DNA of 64,000 nucleotides from Chlorokybus atmophyticus. Its lineage: Eukaryota; Plantae; Mesostigma and Chlorokybus algae. Location of the stretch: positions 124,001 through 188,000 of the forward strand of contig RHPI01001010.1 in the NCBI GenBank assembly GCA_009103225.1, read 5' to 3'. Below the pieces are notes generated by a model. That model was not told the origin of the DNA. It worked only from the letters and a program-made list of their open reading frames with translations, and ran no database searches. Shown piece after piece: positions 21,501 to 35,362 of this stretch. Position 1 is the stretch's first letter. Every line of letters begins with the position of its first letter. The translations under genes were made by a program, and so were the position numbers.

Positions 21501-23840
21501 TCATTCCATCAGCGACAGCTCTTCCAACTCCTGGCGTACTCGCCTCCTCAGCGGTCCCAGTATGGACGACACTGTGTCGTCATCGATCAAGTTGGCAATG
21601 GTGAAGTAGCCCCTGAACAAGTCTTGGAGGTCGTAGAGGATGTTGGCCAGCAGGCCGAAGGAGCCAATGAGCAGCGAGAAGAGGTAACGCTGGCCGTCCC
21701 ATGGGTGCTGGAAAGTGGTGAGAAGGAAGGCGAAAACGGCAGTGGAACCCAGGATGGTCAGGTTGACCTGCAGATGATGTTGTGTCACGCTGTGCATATG
21801 GTAACATACCACCAGACCAATGGCATATAGTCATGTCATAAAAACCAGGGCTTGTGGTGACAATGTATACACAGCACTTGTTCCGTGCACAATACGACCA
21901 AGCTGCATATTGATGGCTACTAGCTTGTACTTTTAGACTAAGTGGTTGCAATGCACAACACTTGGTTGCATCACTGAATACTTGCATGCTCATAGCATGG
22001 AATGGAGATCAGATTGCAACTCATGCCTTACCCAGTGGATGAACGGCAGTTTTGCATTGCCGGCACTGAGTCTCTGGCTGCGCTTGGCTGATATCGCCCT
22101 GACTGAGTCGCTAACGCGGCCGATGCGGCCAGCGATGGACAGGCCCAGCTTGTTGTACCTGCAAGCCAAATGCACTTGATCAGTTCCAAGCTCTCAATTG
22201 ATACAAAGACAAAGCCTTGCTGACTGTGTACCGGCTGCTTTGCAGCTCGCTATCACTGAGCTCATATACTAAGCGTAAGATGTTGAGCATGGGGTCGTCC
22301 ACGACCAACGCCCGAAGCTCCGTGTCGGGATCGGCAAAGAACGAGTCCTACCCAGACAAGAGATGATATATACTTGTACAAGCTTTGCGTAAAGTGCGTG
22401 ACCACAAACCTGTGTATAGTTGAAGATCTGCATGACACTGCGACGTAAGCGGTCGGGATCGTCCTTGAACAAGCCCTCAATATCCTGCAACAGAACAGTG
22501 CAGAGGGCTGCTTCCTCATGCAAGATGCGGCGAATGTTCTCCTGCCTGTGTGCATGCCATAGGTTTACAAGCAGCTACATTGACTGAGTAAGAGTGCGCA
22601 ATACATAAGCATTGAAGTACCTTTCCCACAGGAAGGACAGCGTGACGGATACCAACGAAGCAAATGTGATGCCAACAATCGTGTTGAATACCCCAACGCA
22701 TTCACCAACAGCCACCGTATCCTGTCCAATGACACATATAATTATTGTGTTCGTAGTTGTGGGTAGAAACTGAAGTAGTAGTAGCTTGCTCTGCACATTA
22801 TGCATGCCAAACCTTTGGGTGCACTGGAATAGAGTCATTGACCAGCGTAGTCAGATCAGGGAACGCAAACCAGGACACCGCGGAACACAAAACAAAGATG
22901 CCCAGGTGCTGCGTAAGTATCTCTGCGATTGGAGCTGCCTGGCACATGACCTAATCAGCTACGATTATGGCATCACTGAACTTTGCAGACACACTTCAAC
23001 AGGCTACTCACCTGTCCTGCCACTTTCCCTGTGACAGCTCCGATTGACGTCCCCATAGCTTGCCACGCGTGTTTGCGCTGTTTGCCACTTCGCATGTCCG
23101 AGTCTGCACCGGACAGCACTGGGCTTTCACTCTGTTCAGTGCTGTGCGCGTGCAGCGACACTTGTCTGGTAAAGTCCGCAATGTCCAGGTTGGGTGATAT
23201 GAACCTGACAAGCGCATATTGTTAACAATGCACAGTACAGGCAATAGCTTTTGATCATGCCTACTTGTTACCTGGTGCGTTAACACAATCGCTTGCAACA
23301 AGGCGGCCCAAGCACAAACCTGCCAAGCTCATCGGAGAAAATGTAGTTCTGAGCTCGTGTCGGTGATTGACTGCGTGTGTGTAAGTTCAACAGCGCCTCG
23401 GCCTCCTCAACTTCATCATCGTGCTCAGCATGCAATATGGATGGCTTTGGCGCTGATTGAGCCGGAGACTGGGAAGAGGGTGAGCGGGAGGAAGGTGATG
23501 GTGCCGCATCATTTGCTTTTGCTGCTTTGCCGGCCAAGCACTGAACTCGCCTTGATGGCAACTGTATATGGGACCCAACTTGTACTAAGCTTCCCCATTG
23601 CCGTGAAGGTGCAGCTGCACCAGTCCGTAGCTGTTGCAAGCTAGAAGCAAGCTGCAGCCTGTGAACAAGAGGCTTTGTGCTGGATGGACGTGACCCATCA
23701 TTTGGTTGTGTAGTTGTGTGTGCACACTGCTCAGGTGAGCCAACAGGCAGTTGATTGTGTGCACGTGCCACTTGCAGCGTCACCTTCTTGTGCTTAGGTG
23801 TTGGGGCTGGAGCGGCAGGCTGAGTAGCCACGGCGTACAT
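21501..23840 (-). CDS. Multi-pass membrane protein, DUF4239/bestrophin-like, with plastid-transit-peptide-like N-terminus
   Basis: Spliced exons read in frame: ...ELGR|FISPNLDIADFTRQ..., VFNTIVGITFASLVSVTLSFLWERYFN, KIRRILHEEAALC, KLPFIHW|VNLTILGSTAVFAFLL, LFSLLIGSFGLLANILYDLQDLFRGYF. The family call comes from motif recall only. Confidence 0.6.
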
Positions 23841-24801
23841 GTCGTCATCGACGTTGTGCTAAGCAGCAGCAGATTGCACTACAACAGGCAGAATCTATAA
23901 GTGCGCTGGAACATCGCGGGTTGTACTGCGATTTCTTTGCACAACAACTTGACAATCAGACAATGCTGCAGACCAGTACATTGGTTGGCAATGCTACTGC
24001 GTCGTGCTACTGTAGCAAGACGCAGAGTGTTCTTCTGTGCATAGCAACACCTGATCAAAGTGCACAGTCAGACTGCCCTCAATGCATTGCGAGCGCCTTG
24101 CGTTCGGCAATTGCCCACCCAAGAGCCCGATGATGGGACAGGCCAGACAACAAGCTGCAAAAGCTGGCTTCCAGGTAACAGGTCACCAACGCTACAGTAC
24201 CGAGCTCTGAGAATCAAATTACCAACTGCCCCAAGGTGAAAGGTTCTCAGTCGCACGAAGCTTCAAGCCTGCACAAAGCAAAGCTCCAAGTTGCCAGGTT
24301 CAAGCTCCCACCTGCCTCAAGCTGCGAGCTTCAACTTGCAACTTTGCCGCCTTGCCTACAGCGTGTCTAGCGTGGTCTCATTTCACAAACATGCTGGACA
24401 CGCTGAGTCACGTCAGCTTGGAGCCGCGGCGACAAGTCGAGTGCATTGTGTCTGGACACACTCGTATGCTGGACACGATGGACGACACTTCTGCTGCTGC
24501 CAACGTGGAAGAAAGGTACTGTGACGTGGTGACAGCACCGAAGGCGCCGGAGGCGGTGGCGGCGGCGATTGTCAACGAGCCGCAGGTGGAGTGGGTGTCA
24601 ATTGCTTTGCAGGTGCTGGTACGTGGAGGAGGCGATGGGGACGGGCGCTTTCCGGCGCTAGGTCTGGTTAGGCTGCTGTCCTGTTGAGGGTAGCGCTGCC
24701 TGTGGCTGAGTGCGGCGTCAAGGCTACCATCCGTTAGGGGATCTGTTTGGTGCGCTGTGCGCCAAACTGTTGAGTAGGCTGCTGCCGTAGCTTGGGCGAC
24801 A

Positions 24802-26849
24802 ATGACATTTCCAACCGTTGGCGCAGCCGGCTCTGTCGGCAATGGCAGCACACCGCAGCCTGAGCTGCTTTGCATGGGGTTCAACCAGGTGCACAAATGA
24901 GAGCCGTCATGATTTGGTTGTACATGTACAGGTGGATGATTAACATCGCTGTCGAGGCGCTCACATCCGCACAGATCGGCCGTCAGGCTGTGCTGTTGCC
25001 GCTCCAATTGCGGCCACAGCACAGCCCGACTTGATGCTAACATGGGCGTCTTTGGGTGTTGTTCCAGCATGATGCCGTAAGCTTGCTCACATAGCACAAT
25101 TTTTGCCGTTTTTACTGTTCCACGCTACACTGCTAGTGACTTGCCATAAGCTCACATTGCGCCATGGAGTTGTTACATGTGGCAGCTTCCAAACACGGCA
25201 TCCAACTTAGTTAGTAGCGATTGAGCTGCGCTCTATGGTGTCTTTGCACATTCTGCTCTTTGCAGTGAAACTGTTGAATATTTGACGTTCGCAGGACTAC
25301 GGTTGTTTCGCTGTGGGAACAGATGAAGGCTTCAGGATCTACAATGTTGAGCCCTTTGAAGAAACGTTCAGAAGAGGCTTCAGCGGTGCAGGTGGTGGAG
25401 GCATTGGGCACGTTGAGATGCTTTTCCGCTGCAACATCCTCGCGGTTGTTGGCGGTGGCCGCACGCCACGCTTTCCACCAAACAAGGTGCATGGTTGGAT
25501 CAATTTGAGCATAGAACATGCCTGTGCAGCCAATTGTTTCGTGAACCGCTCCCAACCTTCACTGAACCAAGAGTTTCTGTACTGGCAGGTCATGATCTGG
25601 GATGACCATCAGAGTCGGTGCATCGGAGAGCTGTCGTTTCGAAGTGAGGTCCGCGCTGTGAGGCTCAGGCGGGAAAGGATTGTGGTGGTTTTGGAGCAGA
25701 AGATCTACGTGTACAACTTCTCGGACTTGAAGCTGTTGCAGCAGATTGATACCATGCCTAATCCACGCGGGCTGTGCGCTCTCTCTCCTGCTGCCAGCAG
25801 TACCGTTCTAGTCTGCCCAGGGCTTAACCGTGGCCAAGTATGTCAATCATGCTGGTCAACACGTATTGTTTGAGGCTGTTGCGACCGCTTGCAGCCAGGC
25901 ATGCGCAGGGCTATACACCATCAATTGCTGATGCTCTGTTGCGCAGGTGCGCATTGAGCTGTATGACCAGAAGAAAACCAAGTTTATTGTTGCACACACT
26001 TCAGCGCTCGCTTGCATTGCCCTCACCATGGACGGTAGCCGGTTGGCGACATGCAGCGATAGGGGCACTCTGGTCCGAATCTTTGATACAGCCGAAGCAA
26101 CACTTTTGCAAGAGGTAAGTTGATTGGTCACACACACAAAGCACTGTCCATCTAAGTGCACTCAAGCATCTGCTATGTCTCAACAGGTTCGCAGAGGAGC
26201 AGACAGAGCGATGATATATAGCATATCGTTTGCTCCAAGTGGGCAGTGGCTTGCGGTGTCAAGCGACAAAGGCACGATACACGTCTTCGCATTGCACAAG
26301 GGGGCTGTTGTGGAAGACCCTACACTTGATGCCCCTGCAAGCGACCCGATGAAGGCAGTGAGCCCAGGGCGCCAAGCAACACCCGTGCGGAACGCACAGT
26401 CTGCCCTGTCACTGTTCAAAGGTAGGTCGACCACGCGCGACACACATACTTGCTCCCATTCGCTCCCATCAGCTTGGCATATGTACACGACATAGAGTCA
26501 GCAGTGCTCGAGACATTCAACGGGCGTGTTTGTGCCATACAACAGGTCTTCTGCCAAAGTATTTCAGCTCTGAGTGGTCGTTTGCGCAATTTCGATTGCC
26601 TGAGGAAACCAAGTCGATTGTAGCATTCGGCCCTCAACGCAACACCATTATCATTGTCTCAGCAGATGGCAGGTGCGCGACGGCATCTGACTACCCATTC
26701 ACTTACTCGGCTGCTGCCAATGCTGATGATTGCGTGATCTATTGTGCAGTTTCCACAAGTGCGCGTTTGACCCTTTGTCTGGAGGTGAGTGTGTACAACA
26801 GTCTTACACCAAGTTCATGAAATCGGAGGATGAGGAAATGCCCGAGTAG
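24802..26849 (+). CDS. ATG18: Autophagy-related protein 18 (WIPI/PROPPIN beta-propeller)
   Basis: LCMGFNQ|[40 protein letters not shown]|[42 protein letters not shown], phosphoinositide motif [28 protein letters not shown]. Confidence 0.93.
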
Positions 26850-28850
26850 GCCAAGCAGCTGCAGATGGTGTGGACCGTGCCAACTTCTATGACTGCGATG
26901 TTCAACAGCGGTAGCTCACTTTACCAATACCACTTACTCTCCTGTAGCATAGCTTTGGCTTCCCAGTTACTGTTACCTCATTTGCACCTGTTGCGGCTAG
27001 CCTGTACAGTGCTCGCATAGCTGGCTCAACAGGTGCATGTGTACACCCTTGTAGATTATTATAAATAGTTTTCCTATTCCCAGTTGCAGACCATTGTTTG
27101 GTATTGTAAGTTGTGGTTGTTCCGACTGGATTGATGAATAGAAAGTTAGAAAGTTATTGCAGTTCTGCCTTGTTGTTGCTGTTACTTGAATGAATGGTGT
27201 ACAGGATATGATGCCAGTAGTTGTAGACATGCACGACATCACTCACAGCGTGCCAAACAGCATGCAAGCACAGTGTAACACAACCACCGGGCTATACACA
27301 CTGTCTGTTCCAAGCTCACTACACTACACTAGTCTAGACCTCCCCGTTAGACAAGCATACATGCATATGAGTAGTGCATTACCTGCCCACACGGGCTCTG
27401 TTAGTTGGCGTTGACAACGGCAGCTACAGCAGCAGCAAGGATGACGACTCCCACCCGCCAGCTCTCGCTTCCCGCCACCAGCTCAGCTCTGCAGCAGCTG
27501 CTGCTGCGTCGTCTCTTGTTACCCTAACCCTCGCAGTGCAGTGCCAACGTCAGCACTGCGCCGCGAAGGGCCTCTACATGGCAGTTAGGCAGGTGGTGTA
27601 ACACAATAGAATTCAGCGGCAAGGGGCATGCTTCCCCCCAGCTGTTATGTACACGACAACGAGCATTAATTAATCCGGAGCGCTGTGGCTCTAGCATAGC
27701 ACACAGATGTACAGGGTCGGGGTCGCGTGCTGCTGCACGTCATAACTGACAGCAAACCTGGCCGTACAGATGATTGCGAACATCTCGTCTCGCACAGCGT
27801 CATGCATGGTGACACGCACACGCCCTATCATCGCAGCAAGTGCACGCCATCGGGTGTCAGCGTCGCTCCACACACGCAATGCATGCTTTACCCGCGCCAG
27901 CAGTGGGTATGGTAGGGCCAGCAGCATGCGCATTGCCGTCTCTACAAGTGTCATTTGGAACACTTGGTGTGCTTCTTGTTGGTGCCATGGCTTCTATTCA
28001 TTACCACTTTCAAGCATACAGTAATGTACACCAAGGGCAGTAGAGCAGCTGCGTAGAAAGGTAGCCCGGTGGTGTATTATTTTGATATTGATGCTGTGCG
28101 TGCGGTGCATGTCATGTTGTGACTGCCTCAATGCATATATCCTACGCATGCGCATGCGTGTCCTGCATGTTGTACACAAAATGCGATGTGGGGTGGCGCA
28201 TGTGTACCACGAGCGGCTCCGTACCATACCACACGAGCAGGCACCACACCGAACTCAATATCACAGCAACACGCACAGCCGTTGGCTCCCATACTGTCTA
28301 CGCAATCGCTGTCCGCCTCCGTGGAAAGCATGGGTTATCGGTGACCAACCAAGTATGCTGCTGCCACTGTGAAAGCTTCCCCATCCGTCACATTGTTGGT
28401 GGACTGCAGGGGTTTGCATTGCTGCAACATGAGTGGATGCATGCGCGTAATATTATCGATATTACTACAAAAACACGCTCCACTAGCTCACACAAAAACG
28501 CTGGCACGTACACATATGCAAACCATCACGATGCATGCTGCAGTGGTGTCTTGAATTGATGTACACTCTCCTTGAACGACAACTATGTTAGTAGCCGTAC
28601 CATGCTGGCAGTGGCCACAGCCATGAAGCGGACACTGAGCCAAGTGCACTCACAGCAGTAAAACAATAAACTCTGCACGCGTCTCTCAGCACCGTGCTCG
28701 CCTCCAGTCTTGAAAGCATGTCACTGCACTGCTTTAGTTGAAACTCTACAGCTATACATTAACAGTGGCCCGTCTTGCAGTGTAAGAATGAAGTTCTTTG
28801 AACGGGCACTACGTAACAACCAAACCATCGCTCTTTGCCTTGGCCCAAGC

Positions 28851-31344
28851 TCATTGCCCTCTGTTCGAATTCATGAGTCCATCTGGCGATGGTCCCCCAT
28901 TTTGTATTATGACTGGATGCCATTGCCCCTCAGCTGGACTACCAGGTGGAGCGATGGCCTGCCACACATGGAGTGTCAACATGTCAACATGCCTGGCTCG
29001 CTCATGCAATGTTGCAGCATTGTTGGATCATTACTTGTGTATCATCTTCTAGGCCCGTAGACCCAGGAGCACCGTCCTCCCGCAATTCGTCGACTAACTT
29101 GCGCAACTTGCTTTCGCATCTGCGCATTCACCGCAGATAGATATTAACACAGCTGTAATTAGGTTGCGAAACTTGGCAGGTACGGATACTTCACACTTGC
29201 GCATGCAATGATGCCCTTGCTAGGCACTGACTGCGCTTAGCATACGTGCCTGTTTGCACAACCACTTCACCCTTGCATACGCACTGTGCATGACAAGGTG
29301 ATGAACATATGAACATCCAAGGGTGCAATCATACCTGCGATGCTCCTCCGCAAACCGCTGCGTGCGAATCTGAGCTCTCAGAAGCCGACGCAGCTTAGAA
29401 TCCGATCTGCAGCACAATACATGGCACGTGAGGCATTGCCATTGGCATGCTTGAAATCAAGTTGCTTTGCGCGCACCTTGTGGCATCCTCACGAGCACTT
29501 GCGGCTTTGCCTTCCAGTTCAGCAATCCGCGCCAGGTACTGTTGCTCCAAGCGAGTTGAAGCTTGCGATTGTGCCTGTGTCAACAATTCAGATGTCACTG
29601 ACGATGACGGAACCAGCAACCTCACCAACCGGCCTGCAGCATGTGTAAAACCACACCTCTAGGGTGTCGATGCGCTTCTGCATTTCAATCGCCCTTGCAG
29701 TGGACTCAATCAGCTGGCCATGACACAGCCAAATGTCAGTGTTACAACAACAATATCATACAGAGAGAGTTAGTGTACACAACCCACACACCTGCTTTTC
29801 CAGCTCGCGGTGTATCTGCAATGTGGTGGCTGCCGCAGCAGGTGGCAGAGCACCACGAGGCTGTGCATCTAAAGCGGAGCGTTGCAGAGGGGACTGGTGC
29901 TCAGCTGGTCGGCTGGAAGGCGCATTAAGAGTTGAAATGAGACAGACAGCAACTGTACAAAGGGTCTCAGAACCCAATAACCACAGTAACAACTGCGCCT
30001 GCCCTCCATATGCAATGGTCTCCCCCAGTACAGTCCTCAGTGTGGAATGGAGAAAATACTCAGCAACTGAGTAGAGATAGCAACTCATAACAGCTGTTCA
30101 ACATGATCTGGTTGCCCAAGACACAACCCTCCTGCTCTTGGCGCACTGTTCTGCAATTCCATAGCTGGCAACACTCTGCATTGACTTGCCGCTGGCAGGT
30201 GTAAAGGCTGCACTAATGGCTTTGAGGAATAGGCAGGGCAAAGGGGTGTAGGTGGATGTGAGATGGCTAAGACAAGGAACAGAAGGCAACAGCTGCCGTA
30301 TAAGTAAAATGTTGCAAAGATAAGATACTGCGCTCAAGTTAACGAGTGATGGCTCTGACTGCAGTAAGTCTGCCCGACAGCATAATGCACTGCCGACACA
30401 TGCAATGGGGAGTCAGCAACAGGCTGCCCTTGCTAGGGAAGTTGCTCTGAGACCATAATAAGAAAAAGCAATAAGAGAAGCAGCCATACTCACCCTGGAG
30501 GTGATGCCGGTCTTGGAACCCTAAAACTGTTTGGCGAAGGCGAGCGACTCCTTGGTGTTGGCGAGCGGCTGCGACCTGCTTAAACCACCAATTGTCATTG
30601 CCAAGTGACAGCTGTGGTTGCTGATGTGTGCATGCAAACACGCATCTGCACGCCTGATGTGTGCATGCACGCAAGTACGTCTGCGCACATAAATGCACAA
30701 GCTCAGAGTAACACTAACAACCGTTAGGGGAGCGTGATCGCGAGCGCTTCAGGCCTCTTGGTGAAGGAGAGCGGCTAAGCGAGCGCCTGTCGCGTGGCGA
30801 CCATCGGCGACCAACGTCGGGCGATCTGCGCCGGTCACTGGGCGACCGCGGGCGGTAAGACCTTGACCGCCCACCTGCAAGCCAACACTACATTCAAGCC
30901 ACCCCCAACGCAAACTTACAAGCATATGATACCTCTGTCTAACTATGCTCGTTTCTTACCTTTCAAGTGTGGTGGCAAGCCGGTCCGGCGGAGCTCCGCT
31001 GCTCCATGCGCAAAGTTGCAAGCTGAACCTTTGTAGCACTGCCCTTCTCTGCAAGAAAACCGTCATGTCAATGCATGCATGCAGCTATGAGACACACGCC
31101 TTGCTCTATGCAATCAGTGACAGTGTGCAATGCATAGGGCAGGCATGCAGGCAGCAACAGCTTACTGAAAATTGCGACACAGTTTAGTCTTGAAAAAGTC
31201 GTGCGCCTCCTCACCACCATTACCACCACCACCACCACCACCACCACCGTTGCCGCCACCGTCGCCATTGCGCCCGCCGTAGCGGTCGCCGCCTCTGAAG
31301 CCCCCTCCTCCACCCCGAGGACCTCCTCCACCACGGTGAGCCAT
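28851..31344 (-). CDS. CCCH zinc-finger protein with RS-rich region and C-terminal coiled coil (plant C3H40-like)
   Basis: Gly/RGG-rich start. Spliced KTKLCRNFQREGQCYKGSACNFAHGAAELRR is C-x8-C-x5-C-x3-H. RSRSP repeats. Coiled coil ...LRRLLRAQIRTQRFAEEHRRCESKLRKLVDEL. The middle exons are not fully resolved. Confidence 0.75.
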
Positions 31345-31624
31345 TGCAGCAAAAGACGCACCTTACGCCTCGCCCCTTTCCTCCTTCCCTGCTAACTGTA
31401 ACCCTGCGGCAACACACAGCGCCGCCCACCGCCTCCACCAACAACAACAACCTCGCCGCCACCGCTCGCAACGACTTCGCCTGGCAGATTTCTCCACTCG
31501 CGTCGCTTCACGAAACCCTAACTCCAGCCCATCGTATTCGACCGATCGGGACGCCAGCATGCACAAGCCAAGCTGGATTGACACCAATAGCTACATAAAT
31601 ATGCTTGCACTGCGACATGTTATT

Positions 31625-31655
<31 letters not shown>

Positions 31656-31749
31656 GCTTGGTGTACCTGCCATCGCCGTCCGTGTCGCTGTCTACTTCCA
31701 GGGTGTGTCTGGCAGCTGGTAGTCGTTTGTTTCGTGCACATTCACTGCC

Positions 31750-34700
31750 ATGCCGCTGGGGAAGCGGGGCGGCGACGGCGACTCCCGCTATGCCGGAGTC
31801 GTCGTCGCGGAAGGAGGCGGCGTCAATGCGGCTGAGGCGCTGCGGGCTGCTTCAGCGGGCGGTTTTGATTACATTGTCCTGCCGCTGGTAATGTCTGGGT
31901 ATGCTTTCTAGCAGCTTAGTTGCTGCTCAATCTAGCGTTCCTCAGTGCTTTGGCTGGTCTGAATGCTTCTGAGTGCTTGGCCATGCAATGCAAGTTGCGT
32001 ACCAACATGAGGGTGCACGCAGGCACACCAAAAGCGAGATGAAGCCACTCCCGTCTTAGTGGGCAGCGATCTGCTGCTTAACTCCACGCAATGGACTAGC
32101 CGTGTCGTAGGCAAGTCCATGCTGACCGTCCATGCCTTCCTTTCATGCTTCTCATTGCCAATGCTGCGGATTTTTTTACATGTCTCGCGCTGGCCCCTGA
32201 AGGTGTACTGATTAGTCGCTTGCCCAGGCAGAGCCAGCACATGGATAGACTTGGACTCACCAGACCAGGTTGTGCAAAGGGACAGTGAAGCAGCACTTCG
32301 ACAGGAGCTCAGTTGGGCTACGTACTTGTCGTTACAGGTCCGTGGGTTAGATACTGCACCTGTAGTTGTTTCTGGGTTTGCACCCTTAACCAATGTGGGT
32401 AACTTTGTCTCACAGGCATGCCTGCTGCCAACCCCGCGTGCCCTGAACTGTGCGAACTATGCACGCTGTGTCAACCAGTTGATGGCCACTGTGCACAACA
32501 TGCAGGTATAGTGTAATGCAGATTGTTTGGTTTTTGCTCTGCCAAAGCTGATACATCAATTTCTTCATTGCCCGCGTGCACTGAGTGTCGTGTCACAAAG
32601 TTAACTGCTGCATTGCAGCTCTGGTTGCAAATACCACTAGTGGATGATGCGATGCTTGCAGCGGAAGACAGTGGCAAGGAGGATGAACTTTTCCTGGTAA
32701 GTTTGGCTTCCTGCATGGATCATACATCAGTGGTTGCCTTTGCTGCTTGTGATCTCATTGCCATGAGCGTTGTCCTTGCCAGATGGCAGGTCGCTAAAAG
32801 TTGCTGTGACCTACGCTGTAGGAGCGCGAAGCTGTGAGTAGAAGACCCCTGCACGATACCTGGGAATGGTGGAACATGTTTCGCAGTTTGTGCGAGCACA
32901 ACTCTCTGCTGTCACCACTACTCTTCATCACGTAAGGGCATGCATAAATCCCGTATTGGCTCCAACAGCTGTTGCGTGAAGGTGTGGTACATCAATAAAT
33001 CAGCTATTTGATGCATGTAATGCAGACCATCCCTTCCGTCACAAGCGTCATTACAAAGGTGGATAGGCGAATCCGTCAAGGCTGCAATTCTTCCAACCAC
33101 TGTAAGAGGTCACCATGTGTGTTGCTATATAGACTCCTGCGTGATATTGGCTTATCTGAAGGCGTGTAGGTGTTTCTGACAAACAAAAGAGGTTTCCCAA
33201 CGCTGTCAAGGCGACATCAAGACCTGGTGAATACCCTTTTCGAGCACAATGTGCAGATTATCATTCAGGGTGAACCACTGCACGCACCCCCGGATGACAG
33301 TTCGTCAGCAGGTGATGGTGCAGTCCCCCCTGCCCTACTGTTGTGTGTGTCTGTCTCGTCTTGTATTTTCTCCATGCCAAAGCGCCTTACATCGCAGGCA
33401 CCAGTGACGCTCACCAGAATGGCAGCGACTTGTTTAGACATCCCTTGCGCTTCTATCTGGATTATGTATCGTACTTGTATAGGAAGCAACCGCCGATGAC
33501 CGAGCAGGAAAAGTTTGAGGTGAGCCAGGCTTGTACCCATGTGGAACAGTACTCTGCAGCCATGGAGGGGTGTTGTCAATGTTCCTCCTTGTAACAGTGA
33601 TGACTACCTACAGGTGACTTACAGAGACTACCTGCAAGCGCCACTACAGCCGCTGATGGACAACCTAGAGTTTCAAACCTATGAAACCTTTGAAAAAGAC
33701 GCGACCAAGTATTCGCAATACCGCAGTGCCGTGCGTGCCTGTTTACTGGATCGCGTGACTGAGGAGGAAGCCAGCAGCAGGACGAGCGTCATCATGGTGG
33801 TCGGGGCCGGTCGAGGGCCGCTGGTTCGTGCATCCCTTCAGGTGCGCTTGATTTTGCTGACATGAGGCCTCCTACCCCTTGGTTTGGCATGGCTTCTCTC
33901 TCTGCGGTGATGAGACAGGTCATGATGCGGTTATACGAGGCCACTGGCCATGAGCAGACCTATGACTCTGAGCGTAGAAAACGACATACCTGTGCATATT
34001 CCTCGGCACATTAATTGTCATGCATGTGGACATGCCCCATCGGACATTCTTTGTGACAGGCAGCAGAGGAAGCAGGCCGGAAAGTGAAAGTGTACGCAGT
34101 AGAAAAGAACCCCAATGCGGTCATCACGATACATGGTTTGATAGCTGCTGAAGGCTGGCAGGAACTTGTGACAGTTGTGGGATGCGATATGCGCGCCTGG
34201 AACCCTCCTGAGCTGGCTGACATACTGGTGAGTCTTAAACTGCGGATTGCTGGTATCCTCTGGGTTAGCAGTTGACTCTTGTTCCTCCTTTACGCATAGT
34301 TTGGAGTTGACTTTGCGGTAGCAAGTCTTGCACACTTGCACACTTGCACACTTTTAACTGATTGTGCTGCCGAGCTCTCATGAGGCAGACACATGACCTG
34401 TGTGCTACATCGTGAAGCACTGACCTGGTTACTTGCAAGCTGCACATTTGCAAGCGCTGTTACTGTGCATACATCCTACCTGGCTTGCCAGGCACACGTG
34501 AAGCATTCTTCATTCGTGCTGAAGCCTTGCAACCATCATTGCAGGTCAGTGAGTTGCTCGGCTCCTTTGGCGATAATGAGCTATCACCAGAATGTCTGGA
34601 TGGTGCTCAAAGATTGTTGAAAGAAGATGGCGTGAGTATACCAAGCTCATACACGAGCTTTCTGGCTCCCATCACCGCGGCCAAGCTTTACAACGATGTC

Positions 34701-35362
34701 AAGGCGTACAATGACTTGGCTCATTTTGAAACCGCCTATGTGGTGAAGCTACACAACTGCGACATTCTTTCTGATCCTCAACCAGTAAGCAGCTACACTT
34801 ACTCTTCCTCGCTCAACTGGAATCGCATACAACTCATCTGCTGTCCCAACTTTCTTAACCTGGAGAAGGAGCATGGCATCTTCCACAAGCATTCTTTGAA
34901 CATCAGGACCTCTGCAGGTGTTCACATTTGAGCACCCAAATCGGGCAAAGGTTATTGACAACACCCGGTACAAGAAGTTGACCTTCAGCATACAACCGGA
35001 CGTGGGCTCGGCAACATTACATGGCTTCAGCGGCTACTTCGATGCTGTTCTTTACAAGGACATTCATTTAGGCATTGAGCCTTCCACGCACACCCCCGAC
35101 ATGTTCAGCTGGTTTGCGATCTATTTTCCAATGCGCATTCCTGTTTACATTCCAGCTGGCCGCCAGGTGGAGGTGCATTTCTGGCGCTGTGTGAGCAGCA
35201 GCAAGGTACAAATTGCGGCACCACCTCCTGTTACCATACTCTCAGTATATGCTCTAATGGTTGTTCTCCTGTGGGTAGGTTTGGTATGAGTGGAGTCTCA
35301 CAGCACCAGAAGTTTCGCCAATCCACAACCCTAGCGGCCGCTCGTACTTTGTTGGGCTGTAA
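31750..35362 (+). CDS. PRMT5: Protein arginine N-methyltransferase 5 (SKB1)
   Basis: MPLGKRGG...GGFDY start, [106 protein letters not shown]. Confidence 0.97.

Noticed and set aside
24408-25097. 229-aa minus-strand ORF
   Set aside because: It is the antisense shadow of the ATG18 5' UTR, first exon and intron, with a non-ATG start and no motif.
27400-28050. Possible small spliced gene encoding a one-TM peptide (...FGTLGVLLVGAMASIHYHF...)
   Set aside because: Several incompatible splice solutions exist and none has recognisable homology, so it is not supportable without RNA data.
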